Positions 55,615 through 64,000 of a stretch of 64,000 nt of DNA are shown in pieces. Below the pieces are notes generated by a model, which saw nothing but the letters and a program-made list of their open reading frames with translations, did not search any database and was not told the origin of the DNA. Source of the DNA: Bacteroidales bacterium (GTDB taxonomy: Bacteria > Bacteroidota > Bacteroidia > Bacteroidales > GCA-2748055). Within the stretch, counting starts at the first letter, position 1, and the number at the start of each line of letters is the position of its first letter. The position numbers were made by a program, and so were the translations under genes. The stretch covers positions 688 through 64,687 of the forward strand of contig JAGLOO010000049.1 in NCBI GenBank assembly GCA_023138875.1, given 5' to 3'.

Positions 55615-58384
55615 GTTTAAAGTTCCATGAAAGAGTGATTATGGTTTTACCGAAAATAGACAGCTTATACCCATTGACTACTCCATCGTCGACCTGGAAA
55701 TAGACCGAATAGGCATTATTCCTGCTAGTTACATTATAAAAGTTCAGCATCCAGTAACTGTGAAATAATTTGCGTTCTTTCAGGTTACCTTCAATGTTGA
55801 TAGAAAAATCGACTCGGAAATAATCAGGTATCCGGTAGCTGTTTCGATCTGAATAATCTAAGAACTGCATACCCTCCACATAAAAGACGGTCACCGGGTA
55901 GGTCACCGGTCTACCAGTGGTATATACCATGTTGGCCGAAAAACTAAGTCTCCTGTTCAACTTGATATTAGTGAACATGATCAGATTGTGAGGACGGTCG
56001 AAGTTTGACGGGTAAGGCCTGCCATTATTGATTCTCTCGCTGGGCAGTGGAGAGTCAACTTTCATGAAAGACCTGGAATAGGCATAGGAAATCCAACCGC
56101 TAAGCTTTCCGGCATTTTTCTTCACCAGGGCTTCAAAACCGTATGCCTCCTGTTGTCCCTTCAGCGTCATTGTCTCCACATGAGGCGAACTGATAAAGCT
56201 GGCCCCGTCGCGGTATTCCATTACATCATATACCGTTTTGTAATAGACCTCCAGGGAGGAATTCACATCTCCCCTGGGAAAATCCTGGTAAAATCCCAGG
56301 GAGAGCTGGTCAATATAGGGGGGCGTAATGTTGTAATCACACAGTTTCCATTGGTCGGTGGGTGATATGGCAATGGTATTGCTAAGCATAAACATGAACT
56401 GATTCACCCTGTTGTAAGAAAATTTCAGAGAGTTATGTGCACTCAACATGAGGTTCAGTGACACCCTGGGTTCCAGTCTTTTATAAGCCTTAATCTTCTC
56501 GTATGGTTCCGCATTAATAACCTCCGTAACGTTACCCGGCTGAAGTGGAAGCCCCTTCCCGTAAACCATGACCTGGTCGGGACCAAGGGACATAAAGGCG
56601 GCATAACGCATCCCTCCATAGAAGGTCAGTCGCGGAGTCAACGTTATTTCATCAGCCAGGTATAATGCAGACTCCAGACCATTTTCCAATCCCAATTCCA
56701 CGGGCACACGCATGGATATACTACCATAGGGCTTTATCATTCCCCTGTCCAGGTTGTACAATATGGCATTTCCTCCAAAGGTCAGTTTGTGCTTTCCCAA
56801 GGAGAGCCACGACATATCAAGCTTGGTTTCATAATGGCCGATACTGTACGATTGTGTCCAGGACTCCGAAGCAACCTGTTCATTAACTGTTGTGAAATCG
56901 TATGTGCCACAGACCAATGCCAGGTCGCCGGTAACCCTTGAACCGATCCTTCTCCTGATATTGAGAGCCCCACCGGCATTATTGTAATCGTACTGGTTGG
57001 TTGTCTCCAGCAGAAACTTATCACTGCTGTAATAACCGAATACCTTTACCAGCGTCTTTTCCCCCGGTTCCCAGGTCAGTACACCCGACATATCATAGAA
57101 ATTGGCTTTACTCTCTCTCAATTGCGAATTTTCCAGCCTGCTCAGGAGCCAATCCGAATAGGTTGAACGGCCCGCCAGAATGAAAGAGCTTTTGCCCCTC
57201 CGGATGGGACCCTCAACAGACAAACGGCCAGTTACCTGGCTGATTCCCCCACGTGCAGTGTATTTATTCATGTTTCCCTGTTGGGCAGTGATATCTAAGA
57301 AAGAAGCCAGCCGGCCACCAAAAGAAGCCGGCAGATTGCTTTTATAAAGGGTGAATTCTTTGACAATATCCGGACTGAAGGAGCTAAAGAAACCGAAAAG
57401 GTGAGAACTGTTGTAAACCGGGACCTTGTTAATATAGATCATGTTCTGATCGGCTGCACTCCCACGGACATTAAACCCTGCGGCCCCCTCTCCAACTGTC
57501 TGAACCCCTGGCAGCATCTGAATCACCTTCAGAATATCCCTCTCTCCCATCACTACAGGAACCTCTTTCAGAATCCTGTAATTAAGCCGATTGAATCCCA
57601 TTTGGGTTCCCCGAACATTATGGTACCTGTTGGCCTGGACCACTACCTCGGTTAGAGCGATTACACTTCGCTGCATGGATACCGAGAGATCTCCACCTGA
57701 ATGCACCTCCAGATAGTTGTACCGGTCCTCCATACCCATACATTTAAACTCCACTGTATACTTACCTGGCCTGACAACCATAGTAAAATGACCCTCTACA
57801 TCGGTAGCTGCTCCTTTCTTCAACTCTTCAAAATAGACGGTGGCCCCGACCAGGGGTTCCATGGTTTCTACTTCCGTTATCTTTCCATAGAGCACAGCAA
57901 CATTCCTGTCCCCCCTTGTATTCCTGCTACCCACATGGATCGTCTCCAGCTTGACAGCCTTTCGGCCATCAATATATTTTTGCTCTGAAGAGTTAGGCCC
58001 CTCTACCCTCTCCTCAACCTGCAAGTCCCCGGCTTTGGTAACACCCGAATAATCAGGCAGGGTGGACACTAATGGAAGTTGATTAGTAATATAGATATGC
58101 CTCTTGCCTTCAATATGATAGAAGAGATCTGCAGGAAGCAGAGTCCGGTCGAGTGTTCTTTTCAGGGAGATCTTTTCTCCGGAGGCAGTTACCCTGATCC
58201 CCCTGGTCCACCCTTCAATAAAACAAAAGGTAACTCCTGTCTGTTTCTCAATGTCTTCTACGAAATCCAAAAAAAGAACATCCCTGAAATCTCCACGAAA
58301 AAAAAGATCCTCACCCTGTCCGCTCGCTGGAAAAGGCAAGAGATTTAAAATAACAAAGGAGATAAACAAAAACCGGGTTATCAT
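55592..58384 (-). CDS. TonB-dependent receptor with STN signalling domain and carboxypeptidase-regulatory-like domain
   Basis: STN-like N-terminus (FRDVLFLDFVEDIEKQTGVTFCF...SLKRTLDRTL), CarboxypepD_reg (LYGKITEVETMEPLVGATVYF...GHFTMVVRPGKYTVEF), plug and barrel. 930 aa. Confidence 0.8.
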   Translation of the reverse strand: MITRFLFISFVILNLLPFPASGQGEDLFFRGDFRDVLFLDFVEDIEKQTGVTFCFIEGWTRGIRVTASGEKISLKRTLDRTLLPADLFYHIEGKRHIYITNQLPLVSTLPDYSGVTKAGDLQVEERVEGPNSSEQKYIDGRKAVKLETIHVGSRNTRGDRNVAVLYGKITEVETMEPLVGATVYFEELKKGAATDVEGHFTMVVRPGKYTVEFKCMGMEDRYNYLEVHSGGDLSVSMQRSVIALTEVVVQANRYHNVRGTQMGFNRLNYRILKEVPVVMGERDILKVIQMLPGVQTVGEGAAGFNVRGSAADQNMIYINKVPVYNSSHLFGFFSSFSPDIVKEFTLYKSNLPASFGGRLASFLDITAQQGNMNKYTARGGISQVTGRLSVEGPIRRGKSSFILAGRSTYSDWLLSRLENSQLRESKANFYDMSGVLTWEPGEKTLVKVFGYYSSDKFLLETTNQYDYNNAGGALNIRRRIGSRVTGDLALVCGTYDFTTVNEQVASESWTQSYSIGHYETKLDMSWLSLGKHKLTFGGNAILYNLDRGMIKPYGSISMRVPVELGLENGLESALYLADEITLTPRLTFYGGMRYAAFMSLGPDQVMVYGKGLPLQPGNVTEVINAEPYEKIKAYKRLEPRVSLNLMLSAHNSLKFSYNRVNQFMFMLSNTIAISPTDQWKLCDYNITPPYIDQLSLGFYQDFPRGDVNSSLEVYYKTVYDVMEYRDGASFISSPHVETMTLKGQQEAYGFEALVKKNAGKLSGWISYAYSRSFMKVDSPLPSERINNGRPYPSNFDRPHNLIMFTNIKLNRRLSFSANMVYTTGRPVTYPVTVFYVEGMQFLDYSDRNSYRIPDYFRVDFSINIEGNLKERKLFHSYWMLNFYNVTSRNNAYSVYFQVDDGVVNGYKLSIFGKTIITLSWNFKLGNYASE

Positions 58385-58386
58385 TA

Positions 58387-59118
58387 TTATCCTTCGTTCA
58401 ATAAACCAGAGACTGCTTGCATGAACCTTTCCAGTTGTGCAGGTGAAGCGGTTCTGAAATGAATATTATATTTCCTGAAAAGTTTCTTCACATCCTTTTG
58501 TATTATTTCCGGGAAAAGCTTGATGAAACGCTTTTTGTTTTTGAAAAAATGGACAGCCCCGTCCATCTCCAACTGGTAGCTTCTCTTGGCAGAGGTAAAT
58601 TCCTCAATGAATCTTGAATTGCCACTGACAGGTACCAGCCTTTTCTCCCAACTGATATAGAAAACCAATCTCCCGGCATCAATTACCTGGAAGATCTGCT
58701 CCCGCCCCTTATCAATCGTCATTTTTCGAAAAAAAAGTTCCCCGATCGTAAACTTATCCAGCCTGTCACTTACCAGAATCACCTGGTTATCGGCCCCATT
58801 GATGGTTTGGTATTCAACCTCAACCTGCTGAGAATGTATATCATACCTGAGCCATACATCCTGATAGCTCTCTCCACGGATGGTTACCGAACCCTGGCGC
58901 ACCCTCCCTTCTAACAGATATGGATTTCCTATGCTGAGCGAATGCCGGTTATAATATTGCATGCCATTGACCAGTTCCTGGTCCTGTCCATAAGTTTGCA
59001 CTACCAGCTTTGCATATTCTTTCATGGGATCTGCCACAGCATTCTGACCCCACAGCGTCAAATTATTAATGAAGCAGCACAAGATGGCCGTAAAAACAGC
59101 CAGGCTGGAGAGTTTCAT
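58387..59118 (-). CDS. hypothetical secreted protein, first gene of the TonB-receptor operon
   Basis: Signal peptide MKLSSLAVFTAILCCFINNLTLWGQ. No recognised motif. There is a 2-nt gap to the receptor gene. Confidence 0.5.
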   Translation of the reverse strand: MKLSSLAVFTAILCCFINNLTLWGQNAVADPMKEYAKLVVQTYGQDQELVNGMQYYNRHSLSIGNPYLLEGRVRQGSVTIRGESYQDVWLRYDIHSQQVEVEYQTINGADNQVILVSDRLDKFTIGELFFRKMTIDKGREQIFQVIDAGRLVFYISWEKRLVPVSGNSRFIEEFTSAKRSYQLEMDGAVHFFKNKKRFIKLFPEIIQKDVKKLFRKYNIHFRTASPAQLERFMQAVSGLLNEG

Positions 59119-59387
59119 TAGTTGGGGCTTGTTGACATTATTAAAGATATGAAATTATATCAGGCTTTTCAGGTCAAGCAGCAGGTTTTTTTGTGATTCC
59201 TCCTGTCAGTATCAGGAAATTTGTCGGGGTGGTAAGATTATTCGACACTTCGTGTCTCAAGAACTTTTCAGTGAGGAACCTAAAAGAACAAGGCTATAAT
59301 ACATCCTGCTGCCTTTTATAATAAACTGTAAGCGTTTGATAAACCGGATAATCTGTTGAAGCCAATGCGCGAGCGGGATTCAATTTT

Positions 59388-59415
59388 GGAGAGTCGTTTC
59401 GGCTCTCCTTTTTTG
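59388..59415 (+). terminator. orphan intrinsic terminator in divergent intergenic region
   Basis: GGAGAGTCG-TTT-CGGCTCTCC hairpin (59388-59408) followed by TTTTTTG. No annotated plus-strand gene lies upstream. Confidence 0.5.
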
Positions 59416-59524
59416 TTTCCCTATATCCAGATAGAATCGAACCCCGCTCACCCTCATGCCACCCACCATGCTGGCTCCTCCCTAAATTGGTCCACCGCCT
59501 TCGCCTCAATCAAGCCCCTCCCTA

Positions 59525-59545
59525 AAAAGCTCCAGTGGAGCTTTT
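59525..59545. terminator. symmetric A/T-flanked hairpin (bidirectional terminator-like)
   Basis: AAAAGCTCCA-G-TGGAGCTTTT. Confidence 0.35.
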
Positions 59546-59677
59546 CCAAACGGTCGGTCTATGTTTACGAAGTTTATATAGAATGACTATTATTTGAATA
59601 GTACCGCTGATTATTTGTTGTCAATCACATCAACCAATAAAGACTATTCTTATCTACTAACAATAAACACTTTCCCT

Positions 59678-60955
59678 ATGAAAAACCTTTCTTCGTTACT
59701 ATTATGTTTAATGACAATCTTTATTCTCTCTTGTCAGAAAGACGAGGTTAAAATCATTAAGAAAACCGGCAGACTACACATTGACATTGGATTGTTTATC
59801 AGTGTTAATGAGATGAACAGCCTGTTAAAATCAACACAGGCGGTTGAAGATTTCAGAGTCACTATTTACACGTCAGATGGCTTGGAAGCAATGGCATTTG
59901 AAAGTGCTTCGGTCATGCCTGATAACATTGAGCTTGAAACAGGTGATTACTATGTTGAAGCGCATTCCGATAACAACCTTCCGGCTGCCTTTGAGAATCC
60001 TTACTATTACGGGGTATCGAATGTATTTACCATCAGCAGCAACATGCAACAGACGGTTCTGGTTAATTGCGAGCTTGCCAACACGATTGTGTCTGTAGTA
60101 TATTCTGCTAACATCATGAGTAGTTTTGCTGATTATACTACAACAGTATCATCGGCACTGGATTCTCTGGTATTCTCAAACAGTGAAACAAGGATGGGTT
60201 ATTTTCAAACATTACCGCTTGATATCATGGTTGAGCTTACCTATCTGAAACCTGATGGATCGGAAGCCAGTAAATCGTTATCTGGCAGCATACCCAATCC
60301 GCTTGCAAATAGACACTATGAGATATTTGTGGATGCTTTAATAGATGAAGGTATGGCGACCTTCCAGATACTGTTGGATGAAACAGAGGTACAGGTGGAG
60401 GTTATCGAAATAACAGATGATTCAAATAATCAGCCAAGCGGTGCAGTAGGATATGGAGAAATACTGATCACAGAGATCATGAATAATCCCTCGGCTCTTT
60501 CTGATACGGAAGGTGAATGGTTTGAGATCTACAACAATTCAGACCACGTAGTTAACCTGCAAAACCTTGTACTGGGAAGGGATGATGCCAACAGACATAT
60601 CATCACTGATCCCATTGAATTGTCACCGGCGGCATATTTCGTATTCACACGTAATGAACTGGCAACGGATGCCACCAACGTTTATATTTATGGCTCAGAC
60701 ATTTTACTGCCCAATACCGGGGCTGTACTATCCATATACAATGAGGGTACGGAAACCAATCCCGGTGCATTGATCTTCTCTGTCAATTATGGCGGGGATA
60801 ATTTTCCGGACAACTCAGGTGCATCCATCAGTCTAAACCCGGATATGATCAATGCCGCTGATGCTATTATTGGAACTTCCTGGTGTACATCCACATCAGT
60901 TTATAACACAGGTGACTTTGGGACACCCGGAGTGGTCAATGATTTTTGTCAGTAA
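59678..60955 (+). CDS. lipoprotein with C-terminal lamin-tail domain (LTD)
   Basis: ATG 59678 gives MKNLSSLLLCLMTIFILSC (lipobox); the track start 59594 is a TTG. N-terminal beta-sandwich repeats (DUF4493-like impression). C-terminal GEILITEIMNNPSALSDTEGEWFEIYNNSDHVVNLQNLVL is the LTD signature. Confidence 0.65.
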   Translation: MKNLSSLLLCLMTIFILSCQKDEVKIIKKTGRLHIDIGLFISVNEMNSLLKSTQAVEDFRVTIYTSDGLEAMAFESASVMPDNIELETGDYYVEAHSDNNLPAAFENPYYYGVSNVFTISSNMQQTVLVNCELANTIVSVVYSANIMSSFADYTTTVSSALDSLVFSNSETRMGYFQTLPLDIMVELTYLKPDGSEASKSLSGSIPNPLANRHYEIFVDALIDEGMATFQILLDETEVQVEVIEITDDSNNQPSGAVGYGEILITEIMNNPSALSDTEGEWFEIYNNSDHVVNLQNLVLGRDDANRHIITDPIELSPAAYFVFTRNELATDATNVYIYGSDILLPNTGAVLSIYNEGTETNPGALIFSVNYGGDNFPDNSGASISLNPDMINAADAIIGTSWCTSTSVYNTGDFGTPGVVNDFCQ

Positions 60956-60998
60956 GATCTCATTCCCGGGCACTTTAACTGGTGGTTGGCCTATAACT

Positions 60999-61029
60999 AA
61001 GGAGAGCTGAATGACTCTCCTTTTTGTTT
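60999..61029 (+). terminator. intrinsic terminator after the LTD lipoprotein gene
   Basis: AAGGAGAG (60999-61006) / CTCTCCTT (61015-61022) stem followed by a T-run. Confidence 0.7.
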
Positions 61030-61042
61030 ACTACATGTTGAG

Positions 61043-61246
61043 ATGGAATCGAGCCCCGACATCACACAGCTCTCGCAGCAAGAACTGGCCGACAAGGCCG
61101 GTGTAGGTCTACACTTTATACGCGAAATGGAACGCAACAAGCCTTCCCTGCAAATGGATAAGGTTAACCAGGTGCTTTTGCTATTTGGGTATGAACTGGG
61201 GCCAGTACCCCTAAACCTAAAAAAACTAATTCATGAGAAGAGCTAA
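61043..61246 (+). CDS. XRE-family HTH protein, HipB-like antitoxin (possibly N-terminally shortened)
   Basis: LSQQELADKAGVGLHFIREMERNKPSLQMDKVNQVLLLFGYELG matches the HipB-type HTH partners of Bacteroidota HipA. The usual first helix appears to be missing. Confidence 0.6.
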   Translation: MESSPDITQLSQQELADKAGVGLHFIREMERNKPSLQMDKVNQVLLLFGYELGPVPLNLKKLIHEKS

Positions 61247-61355
61247 GGTTTACATGTACGATAAATGGGCGGGGTACCTTACAGAAGATGAAGAAGGTTA
61301 CCAATTTCAATACAGAAATGAGTACCGGGAGGATAAAAATGGTGAACCATCTTAG
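61233..61355 (+). pseudogene. HipA N-terminal fragment (40 codons)
   Basis: MRRAKVYMYDKWAGYLTEDEEGYQFQYRNEYREDKNGEPS* resembles the HipA_N coupling domain start. It overlaps the HTH gene by 14 nt and terminates after 40 aa instead of ~400. Confidence 0.55.
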
Positions 61356-61624
61356 TAAATCCTTGACATTTGGAAAGTAGACCCTAAAAGATATTGATAT
61401 CCAATAGATAATCGTTAGATTTATATTGCCATCAACCCCAACATCTTCATGAGTCTATTCTATGACACGTGCTCCAAATCCCCATTTTACGTACTCAGAG
61501 ACATTGGAAGCATAGTATGAAAGAAGTTATTTACGGCATAAATTTTGTGATATCAGAAGTGTATTTACGTTACCTCAATCAGATGTATATGAACTAGGTA
61601 AATTCACTGAAACCTAACTGTTGT

Positions 61625-62623
61625 ATGTCCCAATCCGCAATTAGAAAGTGCATTCTATTATTTCTTTTCTTCAGTACGTGTGCTTCTGCTTTTAATCAGG
61701 TTATTAAAGGAACTGTTTTTGACAAAGAGACTAATAATGCAATTTCGTTTGCAGCCATATATTTTGGTGGGACATTTGTTGGGACTACTTCAGATCAGGA
61801 TGGAAGATTTGAGCTGGACATTTCTAAAAATACTTCAATGCCATTAACAATTAGCGCCATAGGATACTATTCCTTTTCACTTACTGATCTTTCTTCTGTT
61901 GAACCCTATTTAGTTTATTTGACACCCAAGGTATATGAGATAAATGAAGCTGCTGTTAGTGCTAAATCTCTTGCCAGGGAAAGAAGAATGAACTTAAAAC
62001 TGTTTAAAAATGCATTTATTGGAACTTCATTTAACGCACGGAGTTGTGATATAACCAATGAAAATGACATTACATTTAACTATGGCTCTGATAGTGATAC
62101 GCTGAAAGCATTTTCGAAAAAGCCAATCCAAATTGACAATAGATCACTTGGTTACAAAATCACCTTTTATCTGGACAAATTCGAATATTGCCGACAAAAT
62201 GGAACCATAGTTTTTACTGGAGATATCATATTTAACAAGGATCTAACTACAGTAGAGGCACATAAAAGATCCTATCCCCGGAAAAGAAAATACGCATATT
62301 TTGGATCGAGGATGCATTTCTTTAGAGCACTTTGGGCAAATGATTTAAAATCAAACAAATTCTTAATTACTAATTCAGAGAAGACAGTGCTCAAGTACAA
62401 AAATATAGTAGTACAAGGTGATAGCAGTATGATATTTCTTACCTACTCTGAATATCTGAACATTGGTTACTACAAACGATTGAGTAAGATCAATTTTCTT
62501 AAAGAGCAAGTTTTCTTTGATCAAGATGGATTTTTCGATCCAGCAGGTATTAGCTGGAAAGGTGAAATGGGAAAAAAGCGTATTGCGGACTGGTTGCCCT
62601 ATGAATATTCAGTTGGATATTAA
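61625..62623 (+). CDS. carboxypeptidase-regulatory-like domain protein (secreted, unknown function)
   Basis: Signal peptide, then IKGTVFDKETNNAISFAAIYFGGTFVGTTSDQDGRFELDISKNTSMPLTISAIGYYS (CarboxypepD_reg). Confidence 0.6.
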   Translation: MSQSAIRKCILLFLFFSTCASAFNQVIKGTVFDKETNNAISFAAIYFGGTFVGTTSDQDGRFELDISKNTSMPLTISAIGYYSFSLTDLSSVEPYLVYLTPKVYEINEAAVSAKSLARERRMNLKLFKNAFIGTSFNARSCDITNENDITFNYGSDSDTLKAFSKKPIQIDNRSLGYKITFYLDKFEYCRQNGTIVFTGDIIFNKDLTTVEAHKRSYPRKRKYAYFGSRMHFFRALWANDLKSNKFLITNSEKTVLKYKNIVVQGDSSMIFLTYSEYLNIGYYKRLSKINFLKEQVFFDQDGFFDPAGISWKGEMGKKRIADWLPYEYSVGY

Positions 62624-62649
62624 AATTGCAATTGCAGCGCTAGTGCGTA

Positions 62650-64000
62650 TTACTTTACCCTGTTCAAATGATCTTTACAAACTACCATTTCTGAGATTCC
62701 TAGACAAATCTCTCCTATTTGGGTTACCCCTTCAACAAAAATCTTATAACGGGTAATATCATCTGAGGTGAAAAAGGAGACGGAAACTTTGCCTTGTTCT
62801 GTATTGAGGCTCGGATTCCAATATAAAGTTAACCGGTGGTCGGGCTTTTCTGAATCAATATTTTCAGGTGTATAGGATGGAGCATAAAACTCCCTGTAGG
62901 ATGAGTATCCGGCAATTCTCTTAGTAAGTGTACCAGGACTGTAAGGATCATTACCGATATCATTCCCTTCTTTGGTGAATACCGCTACACCCCCAATACC
63001 TGCACTCACACCAAAAATCCCCACTTCAGTCACATAATAGTGTTTTAATACCTCAACTACATCTATATCGCTCATTGGAAGATTCTCAATAACTTCTTGT
63101 GACACTATATTTCCATCCAACAAACAGAATAACTCGGAGGCTCCGTCCTGAAAGCTTATTTGCCCGCTAACCAATCCGGTAGTACGTCCTTGCAAATATT
63201 CAAATACATTTCGATATGAGAGATCTCTATTGGTAAGTTTGAAAGAAGCTTTCGGTTTAGGATAAATTCTGGGATGACCATCGTCATTCTCTCTTTTTTG
63301 GCCAACTATTTTAACCTCTTCAAGCAAAATTGAACCTGATTCCAGAACAAAATTCCTCAGGTCAAGTTCATTATAGTATTGCTGCTCATAGAGATCATCA
63401 GAAACGAGGATTACTTTTCTTGTTGTTGGGAGATAGTTCTTTGAGATGCTGGGGTTTCTTTCAAAGATCGTATCTAGATCTATCACAGTACTGAGTTTGC
63501 CTCTTTTGTTTCGAGCTTGTATAAAAACCGAAGCAATGTCTGAAAAAGAAATGTTGTCAAATGTAAACCTTCCATTTTCATCCGTTTTGCCCTCAGTACT
63601 AATGAAATGGTCGCTATTGTAAATCTTTAATTCCACATCTCCATTGTCGATCGGTTTCTTAGTTAAAGCATGTTTCACTGTTCCCTCTAAGGAAATCCCT
63701 TCGACCAATTTAAAGTCAGGATCAGCACTTTGTTCACTAATGGTGGTCCACAAGTACCTGCTCCATCCCTGGGTTAACATCAAGAGGTTTAGTTTATCCT
63801 TTGACGAGATGTTTTCATCATCAATAAAATAATCGGTTGGCGATTCTACCGTTCCTTTCAACTCAGATTCTATTAACAACCAGGAGAGAATGTTTTGTTC
63901 AGGACCGTTTTCACCTACTGCATTTGCATCGACCACTGCCACTGACAGGTTTGAAAAGGACACATCCCCAATCTCCTCTTCATCAAATATCTCTAACTGA
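62650..64000 (-). CDS. large secreted CarboxypepD_reg / plug-like domain protein, 5'-partial (continues beyond window)
   Basis: The frame stays open to base 64000 (the track start 63963 is a GTG). Motifs: LLMLTQGWSRY, CarboxypepD_reg (LEGTVKHALTKKPIDNGDVELKIY...GRFTFDNISF) and plug-like DIDVVEVLKH...GGVAVFTKEG. Same C-terminal layout as 52718-54466. Confidence 0.65.
   Translation of the reverse strand, partial: QLEIFDEEEIGDVSFSNLSVAVVDANAVGENGPEQNILSWLLIESELKGTVESPTDYFIDDENISSKDKLNLLMLTQGWSRYLWTTISEQSADPDFKLVEGISLEGTVKHALTKKPIDNGDVELKIYNSDHFISTEGKTDENGRFTFDNISFSDIASVFIQARNKRGKLSTVIDLDTIFERNPSISKNYLPTTRKVILVSDDLYEQQYYNELDLRNFVLESGSILLEEVKIVGQKRENDDGHPRIYPKPKASFKLTNRDLSYRNVFEYLQGRTTGLVSGQISFQDGASELFCLLDGNIVSQEVIENLPMSDIDVVEVLKHYYVTEVGIFGVSAGIGGVAVFTKEGNDIGNDPYSPGTLTKRIAGYSSYREFYAPSYTPENIDSEKPDHRLTLYWNPSLNTEQGKVSVSFFTSDDITRYKIFVEGVTQIGEICLGISEMVVCKDHLNRVK

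Noticed and set aside
59435-59446. GAATCGAACCCC (minus strand GGGGTTCGATTC) looks like a tRNA T-arm, suggesting a tRNA, tmRNA or another att scar.
   Set aside because: The flanks provide no complementary T-stem 3' strand, acceptor stem or anticodon arm when folded by hand. A 10-12-mer of this kind is not improbable by chance in 128 kb of two-strand sequence.
59294-59586. Track ORFs 59294..59509 (-) and 59356..59586 (+) in the divergent spacer.
   Set aside because: They overlap each other on opposite strands and read through two strong hairpins. They use non-ATG starts and have compositionally odd translations (RRRRW..., HPHATHH...).
1-64000. Looked for CRISPR arrays, rRNA genes, reverse transcriptases (retron/DGR) and other known defence-system hallmarks.
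   Set aside because: I saw no regularly spaced direct repeats of 25-40 bp, no rRNA-like segments and no RT motifs (YxDD) in any sizeable ORF. The only defence-like content is the TA modules.

Overview
This 64-kb chromosomal segment looks like Bacteroidota. Support: a T9SS C-terminal sorting domain, CarboxypepD_reg/STN-type TonB-dependent receptors with a DUF4249 partner, and a TTTG-N19-TAnnTTTG promoter in front of a tRNA. No composition statistics were computed. About 1-45.7 kb is mainly housekeeping: rpsP-rimM, an exonuclease-fused dnaE, trxA, ribD, prmC, recX, prfB with its +1 frameshift, asnB, fumC, methylmalonyl-CoA mutase mutAB and mpl. Interspersed are (i) a beta-propeller/PP2C sensor co-transcribed with an exported TPR-caspase protein, (ii) an SQR-like/DUF1641/TusE-DsrC/DsrE-like sulfur cluster with a divergent Fnr-like regulator and palindromic operators, (iii) a TetR-OMP-ABC-LolA-like exporter cluster, (iv) a two-component system, and (v) a second exported caspase gene translationally coupled to a secreted barrel-like partner. 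From 45.7 kb the window becomes accessory. tRNA-Glu(TTC) is followed by a decayed integrated element bounded by an 18-bp direct repeat of the tRNA 3' end. It holds a truncated integrase cut by an rve-type IS, an unlisted 56-aa antitoxin ORF with a PIN toxin, and an RHS scrap. Beyond it lie HicBA, a second deleted copy of the same IS, TonB-receptor operons, an IS3 OrfA scrap fused to a lipoprotein, a lamin-tail-domain lipoprotein and a HipB/HipA remnant. No rRNA or CRISPR array was seen. My best candidates for an undescribed system are the two exported caspase (peptidase C14) modules. The runner-up is the sulfur-relay cluster with its Fnr-like regulator. All family names come from motif recognition by eye; no database search was run.
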